Part shown: positions 1-9,280 of the stretch, in pieces
Layout: each line of letters opens with the position of its first letter
Numbering within the stretch: position 1 is the first letter of the stretch
Assembly: GCA_041674485.1 (NCBI GenBank)
Contig: JBAYVP010000002.1
Span: 9,897 to 73,896, forward strand
Length of the DNA stretch: 64,000 nucleotides
From: Sulfuricellaceae bacterium
GTDB lineage: Bacteria; Pseudomonadota; Gammaproteobacteria; Burkholderiales; Sulfuricellaceae
Direction of reading: 5' to 3'
Program-made: the position numbers and the translations under genes
The notes under the pieces: generated by a model
What the model was told of the DNA's origin: nothing
The model's input: only the letters and a program-made list of their open reading frames with translations
The model's database searches: none

Positions 1-204
1 AAAGGTAATAGCCCTTATGGCGTCGCCGATATGGCTGGCAATGTATGGGAATGGACCTCCAGCTTCGAAGATAAATATAGCGTTCTCAAGGGTGGATCTT
101 TTTTTGAGGGCAGAAATTATTCCACAAGTTACAACAACCTTCTCAGCATTCCCGCTGATGCAAAAGACTATGTCGGGTTTCGCTGCGTCAAAAACATTAA
201 ATAA
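1..204 (+). CDS. FGE-sulfatase (SUMF1/EgtB/NirV-like) domain protein, C-terminal fragment; 5' end lies outside the window
   Basis: Frame +1 is open from base 1 to TAA 202-204: KGNSPYGVADMAGNVWEWTSS...VLKGGSFFEG...DYVGFRCVKNIK*. GNVWEWT, GGS and GFRC are hallmark C-terminal motifs of the formylglycine-generating-enzyme fold. It is absent from the ORF track because it has no start codon in the window. Confidence 0.75.
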   Translation, partial: KGNSPYGVADMAGNVWEWTSSFEDKYSVLKGGSFFEGRNYSTSYNNLLSIPADAKDYVGFRCVKNIK

Positions 205-399
205 CTAAGGGCTGGTTGGGGGCATATAAGCTGTTACGCTCAATGTAAAAAGTTGACGTAGCAGTTCGTTTATCCGTGTGCCCTTGCCATGGGCTCCTCA
301 GGCATCGATTGATAGCCGCCCCTCCATTACGTTGAAAGCTTTCATGCATAACGACAGTCCCTATCCGATAGGTGCTGCCGCACACAATTCAGTGATTTT

Positions 400-1593
400 A
401 TGAAAATTAAACAATCGCATTGGCATCACTATTTTGGGGGGATTGCGCTTCTTCTCCTGATTGTTCAAGTTCTTTCCGGCTCGGTTTTGACGTTATTTTA
501 TGAACCCCACCTGAAAGAAGCCTATGCCAGCGTACAATATATCTACAACGAACTCAGCCTGGTTGCCTGGATAAGGGACACACACCGCTGGGCCGCGCTG
601 TTCTTGATGGTTGCGGTAATCATGCATTTCATACGGGGCTTTTTAAGGAAGGATTACCTTAACCGTGACAGCAAGACGTTATGGCTAACCGGTATTCTTC
701 TCTACCTGCCCATGCTGGGGTTCTTGTTTACCGGAGTCATCTTGCCGTGGGAATGGAGAGGCTATTGGTTCATGGAGATGATCCCTAATTACGTGGGCGA
801 GATCCCGTTGATCGGGCCGTCTTTAAGTGATTTCCTCATCAATACCTTCACCCTTAATCGGACGCTGGTCGTGCATATTTGCATTCTACCTGCCATCACG
901 TTAGTGTTGATGGGCATACACACCTTTACCCGGGTTATAAAAAGAGCAGGCGGGCTCACGCTGTATGTTATGGAACATAGCCTGCTCACCCTGCCGTTTT
1001 TGGTGGCTATTGCCATATTGGCGTATGCCCTGCCGATGCCGTCCCAGGATCCTGCAATCATACCCATGCCCCTGGAAGGCGAAAACCTGCCAACGGCTGA
1101 GTGGTTTATTCTCATATTCTATGTACCCTATTTGTATTTCAAAGGGTTCATGGCGACCTTGCTCGGCTTCTATATACCGTTAGCCATTTTTCTGGCTTTG
1201 GCGATTTTCCCTTATTTTCTCAAGGGGAGGAAAACCAAGAGTGTCGAAAATATTACGCTCAAAGACCATGCCCCTGAAAAAACCCATACTATGGAAAAAA
1301 AGGGCGCATTCGCGAAAACCATGGCACCGCTGCGCAGACTTCTGGGTGCAAGGACTTATGCAAAAACGTTGGCTTTTTTAACTGTTTTGCTGGCAGCAAC
1401 GGCTTTGTTCGCCCCACTTTTTGTCGTTTCCCATGAATCTCCCACCTATGGCTGTAATTCATGCCACAACCCGTCTATGGGAGACAGGCTGGGACTGCCC
1501 CCCGATTCATTTAAGGATAGGGTAAAGAACCCCAATCTCAAAGATAATACTTTTATGGTAGAGCACTGGTTTTATCCACAAGTGGTCTGGTAG
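400..1593 (+). CDS. Fused cytochrome b (b6-like N-terminal part + subunit IV-like part) with a C-terminal monohaem c tail
   Basis: Cyt b blocks are present: FGGIALLLLIVQVLSGSVLTLFY, RDTHRWAALFLMVAVIMHFIRGF, TGVILPWEWRGYWF, NRTLVVHICILP...GIHTF (four His ligand positions). A PEWY-like PTAEWFILIFYVPY follows, then an extra TM helix and CNSCHNPSMG (CxxCH). The C-terminal tail resembles that of 2885-3577. Confidence 0.8.
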   Translation: MKIKQSHWHHYFGGIALLLLIVQVLSGSVLTLFYEPHLKEAYASVQYIYNELSLVAWIRDTHRWAALFLMVAVIMHFIRGFLRKDYLNRDSKTLWLTGILLYLPMLGFLFTGVILPWEWRGYWFMEMIPNYVGEIPLIGPSLSDFLINTFTLNRTLVVHICILPAITLVLMGIHTFTRVIKRAGGLTLYVMEHSLLTLPFLVAIAILAYALPMPSQDPAIIPMPLEGENLPTAEWFILIFYVPYLYFKGFMATLLGFYIPLAIFLALAIFPYFLKGRKTKSVENITLKDHAPEKTHTMEKKGAFAKTMAPLRRLLGARTYAKTLAFLTVLLAATALFAPLFVVSHESPTYGCNSCHNPSMGDRLGLPPDSFKDRVKNPNLKDNTFMVEHWFYPQVVW

Positions 1594-1696
1594 GGAAAGC
1601 TATGGCCGCGCGACATACCGCAACTCTAACGGCGCATATCAATTTTAATAAGCTGCAGATGAACGTGTTTTCAATGAGCAATATAAGGAGAGTGCT

Positions 1697-2239
1697 TTGA
1701 TTCTGAAGCGTAAAACAAATTTTTATAGTCGCATTTTGCTGCTGCTCGCCTTCGCGATAGCAGGCTGCAGCCCCATGGGTGGCACTAGCACCCTACCCGA
1801 GGATGGCCCTGAAACCGTCACCAAACGGTTCTATGAATTAATCTCGGCCGCGAAAATGGAAGGGGGGTCTACGACCGCCAGTGAGGCGTTCAAGCTGGTC
1901 GATACCAAGCTTTCCAATTTGAACGTGAACCAGTTCCTGGAAGTCATCAAGCGCTATCCGGAAAAATTTGTCGTGGAAGTAGGCAAAACCGAGATCAAAG
2001 GAACCCAGGCCTTGGTTTCCATCAGCTACAAGATGCCCTCCAGCTTTGGCGGCGAATATACGGTGCGTGAAATATTGCCTCTTAATATTGACCCGGTTAC
2101 CAATACCTGGAAGGTCGACTTTACCGGCGACACTTACGGCATGCAAAAGGATGAGGCCATAGCGGCAAGCAAGGCGGAAACGCCCCCGCCGCCACCGGTT
2201 GATCCGGCGAAATCCGCAACAACACCAGCGGCTAAATAA
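1697..2239 (+). CDS. Lipoprotein of unknown function with a Pro-rich C-terminus
   Basis: TTG start 7 nt after AAGGAGAG. Lipobox LLAFAIAGC. Tail is ETPPPPPVDPAKSATTPAAK. Its stop overlaps the next start (TAATG at 2237-2241). Confidence 0.6.
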   Translation: MILKRKTNFYSRILLLLAFAIAGCSPMGGTSTLPEDGPETVTKRFYELISAAKMEGGSTTASEAFKLVDTKLSNLNVNQFLEVIKRYPEKFVVEVGKTEIKGTQALVSISYKMPSSFGGEYTVREILPLNIDPVTNTWKVDFTGDTYGMQKDEAIAASKAETPPPPPVDPAKSATTPAAK

Positions 2240-2862
2240 TGGCCAGCGCCGTCAAAGTTGCGGAGTGGATCAAGGAGCGCATCCGCTTAAAGAAAGGCAA
2301 GCCGATACCTGCGCATGTCAATTTCTTTTATTGCTTTGGCGGCGTCTCGCTGTTCCTCATCCTCCTGCAGTTGGCCTCCGGCGTATTCATGCTTTTTTTC
2401 TATACGCCCGAGCCTGACAAGGCACTGTTAAGCATCGCACATTTAAGCAATGAAGTTACTTTGGGGTGGCTGTTCAGAAACATGCACCGCTGGGCCTCCA
2501 CACTATTGCTGGCGACGGTGTTTTCCCACATGGTCATCGTGTTCTACCTGAAAGCCTTCCAGAGCCCCAGGCAGTTGACCTGGATGTCCGGCGTATTCCA
2601 GTTGCTCACGGTATTTTTGCTGGTGGTCACCGGGCTGATTCTCCCTTGGGATTGGAGATCCTATTGGTCTTTCGCGATCTGGATGGATTACATCGGGACA
2701 TGGACGATTGGAGGCGAATCCTTACAGAATATGCTGCTGGATACCTTCACTCTGAATGCGGCCTATTTTATCCACATCCTGATCATTCCGTTAATTCTCG
2801 CGGTTTCACTGTCTTTCCACTTCAAAATGGTCAGGCGGCACGGAATATCTGAGCCACTGTAA
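2239..2862 (+). CDS. Cytochrome b6-type protein (PetB/QcrB-like, four-helix N-terminal half only)
   Basis: 207 aa. FGGVSLFLILLQLASGVFMLFFYTPEP, FRNMHRWASTLLLATVFSHMVIVF, TGLILPWDWRSYW, AAYFIHILIIPL...SFHFKMVRRHGISEPL. It is collinear with cytochrome b6, including the characteristic RKQGISGPL-like end. Confidence 0.85.
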   Translation: MASAVKVAEWIKERIRLKKGKPIPAHVNFFYCFGGVSLFLILLQLASGVFMLFFYTPEPDKALLSIAHLSNEVTLGWLFRNMHRWASTLLLATVFSHMVIVFYLKAFQSPRQLTWMSGVFQLLTVFLLVVTGLILPWDWRSYWSFAIWMDYIGTWTIGGESLQNMLLDTFTLNAAYFIHILIIPLILAVSLSFHFKMVRRHGISEPL

Positions 2863-2884
2863 GTTCATGCGGGCTAACTGAATC

Positions 2885-3577
2885 ATGGCGAACAAAGAGA
2901 TAGCAATCATCATGGAGCCCAAATACGCTCCGCCTTATCCGCAGTCGTTCTATGCTTTCTGGCCGAAACACGCGATCAAGGCAGGGACGCTGATATCCCT
3001 CATATTGCTGGGATTGTTATTGCTGGCCTTTTTCATCAGGGTGCCGATGGACCCCAACATGCCGCCCATGCCCGATGAGGGTGCCTACGTGCCCGCGCCT
3101 GAGTGGTATCTGTTTTTTCTGTTTCAACCCTTCTGGTATTTGGCAGGGGATAACGCGAAATGGTTGCCGATCGGGACGTTTTGGCTCCCGCTTCTGGTTG
3201 TAGTTTTTCTATTTCTGGTACCCTTTATCTTTCGCAAACGCAAAGACTCACGCGCCGGAATCAAGGCAGCCACTCTGCTGTCTGTTGCCGTCTTTGCCGT
3301 GCTTGTATGGGGAGTCCCCGTGGGAGCCGTGGTTGCCAGCGGCGCTCCCGCCAAAACCCTGGGTTGCCCTTCTTGCCACAACCCCATGATGGGCGAGCGG
3401 CAGGCGTTGCCTCCCGCCATGATGGGAGAGTTCTATAGGACAGAACGCCAGAGACAGGTCAACCTGGGTGGCTATAGTGCCGGCTCAGTGGAAGCCGATA
3501 ACCCGCACCCAGCCGGGTCTTACAAAGATGCTAACTGGCAACTACGCCATTTTTATGAGCCCACAATGACCTGGTAA
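2885..3577 (+). CDS. Subunit IV-like (PetD/QcrC-like) membrane protein fused to a monohaem cytochrome c tail
   Basis: PAPEWYLFFLFQPFWY (PEWY box), TM helices, then GCPSCHNPMMGERQALPP (CxxCH) and a ...HFYEPTMTW end. The architecture resembles the Bacillus QcrC-type subunit IV-cyt c fusion. Confidence 0.75.
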   Translation: MANKEIAIIMEPKYAPPYPQSFYAFWPKHAIKAGTLISLILLGLLLLAFFIRVPMDPNMPPMPDEGAYVPAPEWYLFFLFQPFWYLAGDNAKWLPIGTFWLPLLVVVFLFLVPFIFRKRKDSRAGIKAATLLSVAVFAVLVWGVPVGAVVASGAPAKTLGCPSCHNPMMGERQALPPAMMGEFYRTERQRQVNLGGYSAGSVEADNPHPAGSYKDANWQLRHFYEPTMTW

Positions 3578-3590
3578 CTCAAGTTTGGTA

Positions 3591-4913
3591 ATGATAAATA
3601 TGTTTTCAATAAGCGCACCCTTTAATAATCTTTCTCTGCAAAAAACCGGTTTCGGCCTGATGTTTTTCGTATGTGCAGCCTTGCTGGGCGGTGGGTCAGC
3701 TTGCGCACAGGATCAACACGACCATGGCAATGCCAAAACTCCGGTTATGCCCACAGACCCCATGAGCGGCCACGGCCATGGCAATCACCAGACCCATTCA
3801 ACAACCACGACCCCCATCAAGGAAGTGGCGTTACCCGAAGGACTCAGTTCGGCACAGTCGATGGCAATAGACTCGGTCGGACATATCTGGTTTACCGAAA
3901 AAGTCGGCAAAAACCTGGCCATGTATGACCCGGGTAAAAAAGAGTTTTCGACCTACCCGCTCCCCGCCTCATGGGGAAAGATGGGTTTTTCAAACATGAC
4001 GCTGGGGCCCGATGGGGACATCTGGTTTACCGTGACGCGCTGGGTTGAGGGTGCGGAACAGCCCAATATTCTGGGCAGATTTTCGCCGGCGGACGGATAT
4101 TTTACAAAATATGCCATTCCGCACAATTCAATTCCTGAAGAATTGGTCGTCGATGCCCAGGGCACGATATGGTTTTTTGCCTCCAATAAAAACTATCTCT
4201 ATCGCGTCGATTCCAAGACTTTCGCCCTCAAAGGGTATCCCATTCCGACCACCAACGGTAACCCCAAGAGCTTGGCTGCCGATCAAAGAGGCCATATCTG
4301 GTTTGTCGAATCCAATGCCAATAAACTCGGAGAATTTATTCCGGAGCAGGGAGTATTTAACGAATATGATGTGCTCACGCAATTTGCCAATCTGGGAAAA
4401 ATTTCCATTGATAAGAATGGAAAAATATGGTTTGTGGAAGTCACCGCAAACCGGATCGGAGTGTTTTCACCCGAGCAGGAACGATTTGATGAAGTCATCA
4501 TCCCCACCCCCAGCAGCACGCCCGTTGCGCTGGTAAACGACGACAAGGGGAATGTCTGGTTTCTGGAATACAAAGGCAACAAAGTTGGCGTCTTTAATCC
4601 GGAGAAGGCGACCTTCCATGAATTCGATATTCCCAGCTTCGGCAGTTTACCGGCAGACATGGCGATAGATCGCAAACGATCTCTGCTCTGGTTCACCCAA
4701 AGCGCCACAGAAGCAAAGACGCTGGGGATGCTGTCCATCGACGAAGCGCTAGCGAAAATAGACCAGCAAAGCAAAGCCCCGCTACCGGCTCCCGAGGAAA
4801 AAGCCTCCGAAGGCAGCATGACTCAATGGCTGGTTGCTCTCGCCGCAATGATTGGCATCGCCATGCTGGGCGTGTGGTTAACCAGGAGAGCTCGCAAAGG
4901 CGGTGCTTCATAA
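3591..4913 (+). CDS. Exported 7-bladed beta-propeller (Vgb/streptogramin-lyase-like repeats) with a His-rich N-terminal stretch and a C-terminal TM anchor
   Basis: Signal-like N-terminus. His-rich stretch QDQHDHGN...SGHGHGNHQTHS. Seven repeats of G-x-(I/V)WF-x-E...G-x-(F/Y)-x-P (GHIWFTE, GDIWFTV, GTIWFFA, GHIWFVE, GKIWFVE, GNVWFLE, SLLWFTQ). C-terminal WLVALAAMIGIAMLGVWLTRRARK. The start is ambiguous (TTG 3585, ATG 3591 or ATG 3600). Confidence 0.7.
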   Translation: MINMFSISAPFNNLSLQKTGFGLMFFVCAALLGGGSACAQDQHDHGNAKTPVMPTDPMSGHGHGNHQTHSTTTTPIKEVALPEGLSSAQSMAIDSVGHIWFTEKVGKNLAMYDPGKKEFSTYPLPASWGKMGFSNMTLGPDGDIWFTVTRWVEGAEQPNILGRFSPADGYFTKYAIPHNSIPEELVVDAQGTIWFFASNKNYLYRVDSKTFALKGYPIPTTNGNPKSLAADQRGHIWFVESNANKLGEFIPEQGVFNEYDVLTQFANLGKISIDKNGKIWFVEVTANRIGVFSPEQERFDEVIIPTPSSTPVALVNDDKGNVWFLEYKGNKVGVFNPEKATFHEFDIPSFGSLPADMAIDRKRSLLWFTQSATEAKTLGMLSIDEALAKIDQQSKAPLPAPEEKASEGSMTQWLVALAAMIGIAMLGVWLTRRARKGGAS

Positions 4914-5103
4914 TCTCAACTTACAGGTTTTTTACTGCACATGTACCCCATCAAGATGGGGAAACTTTCGCGGCTTTAATGTATCTGTAAACCAACACTT
5001 AACTGAGTGTCAGCCTTGGCTTGGTTGCTCTCCTTCAGGCTTGGCTCTTCTTCCTGCAACCATGCACTCGTGCCTTCACACTATTTAAAACAAGGATAAT
5101 GCG

Positions 5104-6093
5104 GTGAAAAAAGTAGCTTTTTTTTGGATAATTTTCAGCAGTTTTTTATGCTCCTCCTCCTGGGGCGCTGAAACCTTTCAATCCTTCAAAATACCCACAG
5201 AATTTACCTTGCCAACAAGAATTGCCATCGACAAAACAGATACCGTTTGGTTTGTTGCGTCAAACTTTCATAAAATCGGCCGGTTTCAGCCTGCCCGGGG
5301 TATTTTTTCCGAGCACAACATCCCCACCCCCAAAAGCTCTCCCTCGGATATAACTATCAGCAACACCGGCAAGGTGTGGTTTACCGAGTCAAATTCTAAC
5401 CAGCTCGGCGTTCTCGACCCCGCCTCGCTGACCTTCAAGGAATACGATATTCCTACAATATCCAGCAATCCCGGCAGAATTGCATCCGACCTCTACGGGA
5501 ATATCTGGTTTACTGAATTTTATGGCAATAAAATTGGCATGTTCGACCCCCGCAAAGAAACCTTCCGTGAATATCCGGTGCCTACGCCCGATAGCCGTCC
5601 GTCCGGCATTGCCGTGGATAAAAAAGGCATAGTATGGTTCCTAGAATCCGAGGGCAATAAACTGGCTCGGTTCAATCCCAAAGATGGTGCGATTCAGGAG
5701 TTTGCTTTACCCGAATCGCACGAGACACCGCGAGATTTAACTATAGACCGTGCCGGGATGCTCTGGTTTGGCGGCCACATAGGGCGAAATTTGATGACAT
5801 TTAACCCCACGACAAAAAAATTCAAATCCTTTCTCTTGCCCAATAACGGCGCAATTGAAAGCTTGGCCGTGGGGATGAATGGAAAAATATACTGCACCCT
5901 CCTGACCAGCAGCAAGATCGCCGTGTTTGACACGGCAACCCACGCATTTCTGGAATTGGACGTGGGCGTGGGTAAGAGCAAACCCAATGGCATCAGCTCT
6001 GATTCAAAGGGAGATATCTGGTTTACTGATACGGATAAAAATACCCTGATCAAATTGGATGCTCGTATGGCAGCCAAACTATGGGTAAAATAA
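5104..6093 (+). CDS. Exported 7-bladed beta-propeller, paralogue of 3591-4913 (Vgb-like repeats)
   Basis: GTG start after AAGGA. Signal peptide MKKVAFFWIIFSSFLCSSSWGA. Repeats DTVWFVA, GKVWFTE, GNIWFTE, GIVWFLE, GMLWFGG, GKIYCTL, GDIWFTD, each followed by a (K/Q/R)(I/L)G/A-x-F/L-(N/D/Q)P-type motif. Confidence 0.7.
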   Translation: MKKVAFFWIIFSSFLCSSSWGAETFQSFKIPTEFTLPTRIAIDKTDTVWFVASNFHKIGRFQPARGIFSEHNIPTPKSSPSDITISNTGKVWFTESNSNQLGVLDPASLTFKEYDIPTISSNPGRIASDLYGNIWFTEFYGNKIGMFDPRKETFREYPVPTPDSRPSGIAVDKKGIVWFLESEGNKLARFNPKDGAIQEFALPESHETPRDLTIDRAGMLWFGGHIGRNLMTFNPTTKKFKSFLLPNNGAIESLAVGMNGKIYCTLLTSSKIAVFDTATHAFLELDVGVGKSKPNGISSDSKGDIWFTDTDKNTLIKLDARMAAKLWVK

Positions 6094-6148
6094 TGCGGGC
6101 AGAGTACTGGAAATTGATCGGTATCTTGCTGTCAACGATAGGTAGAAT

Positions 6149-6670
6149 ATGAAAAAATATGGATGGGTAGTGGGTTTATTTATTTTGGTAATCGTTGCTG
6201 CGGTTGGCGCAGTAGCCATTCCTAACCCGTTAAGTGTGCAGATACTGACCGAAGCCAAGTACCGGGGCTATCTCCCCTATACCACTGACGAGGCTGTTAC
6301 CCTTGCCTACAAGCGCTGCACCACCTGCCACCCCGCTGACAAAATGCTCAAATACTGCTCTCGCTGCGGCCCGCCCTTTATTGTCGTTTCTCAATCCATG
6401 AAAAAATACACGGAATTGATGAACGAGAAAGGCGGCAACTTTAAGCCGTTCTCCGATGCGGAGACGGTTGCAATTACACAGGTCTGGAACGGCTTGGTCG
6501 GAAATTGGGAGCCGGATTGGGGCACGAAAGACATTAAGAAACTCTTGCAAGGCGATCAGGCGCTGATTCGTTTGGCTGAAACGCCCATAGAGCAAAGACC
6601 CATAGAAGTGGCGCTGAAAAACAAGCAAGCGCCAGGTTCGCATAAAGAGGACAGAAAAACCGTTCCCTAA
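6149..6670 (+). CDS. Membrane-anchored putative monohaem cytochrome c
   Basis: N-terminal TM WVVGLFILVIVAAVGAVAI, then YKRCTTCHPADKM (CxxCH) and a second Cys pair CSRCG. No further family recognised. Confidence 0.5.
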   Translation: MKKYGWVVGLFILVIVAAVGAVAIPNPLSVQILTEAKYRGYLPYTTDEAVTLAYKRCTTCHPADKMLKYCSRCGPPFIVVSQSMKKYTELMNEKGGNFKPFSDAETVAITQVWNGLVGNWEPDWGTKDIKKLLQGDQALIRLAETPIEQRPIEVALKNKQAPGSHKEDRKTVP

Positions 6671-6687
6671 TTTTTTCTCTGGTTTTT

Positions 6688-6939
6688 TCAGGCAAGCAAT
6701 TTTTCCAGAATTTTTGCGTAATAGTACTGGCGCAGATTCTGCCTGGCCATCAGCAGAATCAACAGCACCAACACAAAATGAATGCCGGGCGCAAAATCGG
6801 GTTGTGTGGCGAACTGCCAAGCGTAATACAGTGCCAAACCCAGCCCGGCGATTACGCTTGTAACCGAGAGTGCCAGAAAGAGTTTTTTGCGCTTGATAGC
6901 TCGCTTGGCAAAACAAAGTTCTGAATCAGTCATGCTCAT
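6688..6939 (-). CDS. Small two-TM membrane protein, unknown function
   Basis: 83 aa with two hydrophobic helices (LFLALSVTSVIAGLGLALYYAW; IHFVLVLLILLMA). Sits downstream of the cytochrome c gene on the same strand. Confidence 0.4.
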   Translation of the reverse strand: MSMTDSELCFAKRAIKRKKLFLALSVTSVIAGLGLALYYAWQFATQPDFAPGIHFVLVLLILLMARQNLRQYYYAKILEKLLA

Positions 6940-7065
6940 GTGCGCGCACTTGATCGGTTCTGTGTAAGTAACAAAATGATGGGCGAATGGATTTATTTAA
7001 CCCGATTTCCCCCTTAAGCTGAGACGATGCTGCGCAGGATGCGCGACAGATCAAACGCCCCGTTA

Positions 7066-7521
7066 TTATTTGGCTTTGTATTTACACATACAGATACTGT
7101 TCCTGACATATTGAACAATTTGTTTTATCTCTGCATCGGTAAAAGTTTCTTTCCAGCTCGGCATAGCCTCGGAAAGCCCCACCGCAACGCCACCGGATTT
7201 GACAACCTTAAAAAGGAACTCATCAGTGCGCGCCGATAGCAGCTGGGCATCGTTCAAATTTCGGGCCTTTAATCCTTCCCCAAGCGTATCTGCCAAAGGG
7301 CCATCCCCTTTCCCGGTATCCCCATGGCAAGGCGAACAATTTCCAATATAGTTGTCCTTACCGGCATTCCCGGTGTACGTTCCAGTATTGACAGGGTCTA
7401 TCTCTATATGGGAACGATTCCTATCTTTCTTTAACGGTTCTGCCGCAAATCCTGCACCGGCAAAAACCATGATGCTCAAGCCCAGAGCTAGGGATATTAC
7501 CCTCACTCGCAAGTTTTTCAT
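7066..7521 (-). CDS. Class I c-type cytochrome (monohaem, exported)
   Basis: Signal peptide MKNLRVRVISLALGLSIMVFAGAGFA. CSPCHGDTGKGDGP haem motif and a distal AMPSW Met region. Confidence 0.8.
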   Translation of the reverse strand: MKNLRVRVISLALGLSIMVFAGAGFAAEPLKKDRNRSHIEIDPVNTGTYTGNAGKDNYIGNCSPCHGDTGKGDGPLADTLGEGLKARNLNDAQLLSARTDEFLFKVVKSGGVAVGLSEAMPSWKETFTDAEIKQIVQYVRNSICMCKYKAK

Positions 7522-7669
7522 TTGCCCTCCTTACTTTTCAAACATTCAGCCTTCGGATCAGATCACAGGACTTTTGAAGCGTTGCTCATTCTATAACTAT
7601 ACGTAGCCTGCACTCATCCAACCCATTACGCACTCACGCACTTGCAAACGCGCCCTCCGCTTACCAGCG

Positions 7670-9127
7670 CTATTCAAGAGCCGCATCCATTGATTCCAGC
7701 GAATATGCAGTTTTTGCGCCCGACTGCTGCGCTTCCTCGCGCCGCTTTCTTTCAACGGAGGGCCAGCATTGCGCTCCCAGGATACGATCCGCCACGGCAT
7801 GCCCGCAGACCAGGCGATCGCGCACCGACACCCCGCCCCGGTAGTTGGCCTCGAGATGAAGGCTGGGAATATGTTGCAAACGCGCCGTGATTGCCTGCAT
7901 GCGCGCCTGGTAGGCGCCGTGATACGCGGGCAGCGCCTCGCAGTGCCTGTCGATGCGCACCATCTCCGGGTCGGATTTTAAATCCATGAGCGGGCGCAGT
8001 GTTCTGAATGTCTCATCCACGAGGCGTCCGTCGTCCCAATCCGCCACATTGGGAGCGCGCGCCCCACCGAGATAAGAGGTCAGCAGGACTTTACCCGGAG
8101 GTGCCCGATCGGGAAACAGGGCGCTCATCCACAGATTGCCCGTCAGAGTTCCACTTTCTCCTTTGGGCGCGAGGAACCCGGTGCCATCCAGCGGATGTCC
8201 CACCGCGTCGCGCGCCATCCCGGCATGCACGACATTCACCGGTGCGTAACCAATGCCACGCAACAATTCAGCCAACTCTTTGTCCAGCGGATTGACCAGT
8301 GCAGCAGCAGCAGGTGCGGGCGTTGCCACGATCACATGGCAGGCTGACACGGTGCGCTGCCCGTGTGGCGTTGCCGCTACAGCTTGCCAGCCCTCCCGCT
8401 CGCGCACCAGTTCTTGCGCGGTATGGCCGGTGCGCAAATTGATTCCGGGAGCCTGTGCCAGCGCCTCCACCAAGGTAGCCATGCCGCCACGAAAGGAAAA
8501 AGTGTCGGTAGTGCTGGCCGTGCTGCGGCGTAATACACGGTTAACCAGCACTCCCGCTCCGATGCTGCCGTAGCGCTGCTCCAAAGCCATCAGGCGCGGC
8601 AAAACGGCAGCGGCACTGGCCTGATCCGCATCTGCGGCCAGCGTCCCGGCAACGAAAGGCTCCATGGCTTTTTCCAGCACTTCACGGCCAAGACGACGCG
8701 TGATGAATTCGCTGACCGATTCTTCGCTCCGCCCGCTGGAGAAGATGAACGGTTCTGCCAGCAGGCGCAATTTGCCGCGCAGGCTCCACAAGGGTGAAAC
8801 CACCATGGAACCCAAACGCATGGGCAGTGCTTTCAGACGCCCCTTGTGCAACAGGTAACGGCGCGCCTCGGCGCCAGGCAAGCGGGCGGTTTTTGCCGAT
8901 TCCAGCCCGGCCTCGCGCATCAGCTCCGCCACTTCGGGACGGAAATTCAACACCATAGATGCGGCGCGTTCGGTGAGATAGCCGTCCTGCCGGGTGCTCA
9001 TGATCTTGCCGCCCGAGCGCTCGCTGGCCTCCCATACCTCTACCGAAAGGCCGCTGCGCGCCAGCCACCAGGCGGAAGCCAAGCCTGAAATACCGCCACC
9101 GATAATGAGTACGTCAACTTTATTCAT
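7670..9127 (-). CDS. FAD-dependent protoporphyrinogen/coproporphyrinogen oxidase-like protein (HemY/PPOX family)
   Basis: MNKVDVLIIGGGISGLASAWWLARSG...EASERSGGKI dinucleotide-binding motif at the N-terminus. Overall length and C-terminal GGVSVRD block are typical of HemY-type amine-oxidase-fold enzymes. ATG 9127 is preferred over GTG 9193 because it puts the GxGxxG motif at the N-terminus. Confidence 0.7.
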   Translation of the reverse strand: MNKVDVLIIGGGISGLASAWWLARSGLSVEVWEASERSGGKIMSTRQDGYLTERAASMVLNFRPEVAELMREAGLESAKTARLPGAEARRYLLHKGRLKALPMRLGSMVVSPLWSLRGKLRLLAEPFIFSSGRSEESVSEFITRRLGREVLEKAMEPFVAGTLAADADQASAAAVLPRLMALEQRYGSIGAGVLVNRVLRRSTASTTDTFSFRGGMATLVEALAQAPGINLRTGHTAQELVREREGWQAVAATPHGQRTVSACHVIVATPAPAAAALVNPLDKELAELLRGIGYAPVNVVHAGMARDAVGHPLDGTGFLAPKGESGTLTGNLWMSALFPDRAPPGKVLLTSYLGGARAPNVADWDDGRLVDETFRTLRPLMDLKSDPEMVRIDRHCEALPAYHGAYQARMQAITARLQHIPSLHLEANYRGGVSVRDRLVCGHAVADRILGAQCWPSVERKRREEAQQSGAKTAYSLESMDAALE

Positions 9128-9200
9128 CGCTATGCTGCTGACTTGTGTTTTATTCAATCTGGCGTAGCTGCTCAGGTCAAACGATTTGCTCACAGAACAA

Positions 9201-9264
9201 CCACAACGCCAGTCCCTTACCCATGGAAGTAGGGAAGGTGAAAAACTGCCGCACCTGAGTAGTT
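9201..9264. repeat. REP family R1, short form (CAACGCCAGTCCCTT..GGAAG..GGGAAGG..GCCGCACCTGAGTAGT)
   Basis: Shares the CAACGCCAGTCCCTT / GGGAAGG / CTGCCGC.CCTGAGTAGTT blocks with 28932-29124, 41546-41797 and 47275-47369. Confidence 0.7.
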
Positions 9265-9280
9265 ACAATCGGGCGGAATT

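Noticed and set aside
3591-6093. Annotating the two propellers as streptogramin (virginiamycin B) lyase resistance genes
   Set aside because: Only the repeat type resembles Vgb. The signal peptides, the membrane anchor, the His-rich stretch and the cytochrome b operon context argue against a cytoplasmic antibiotic lyase.
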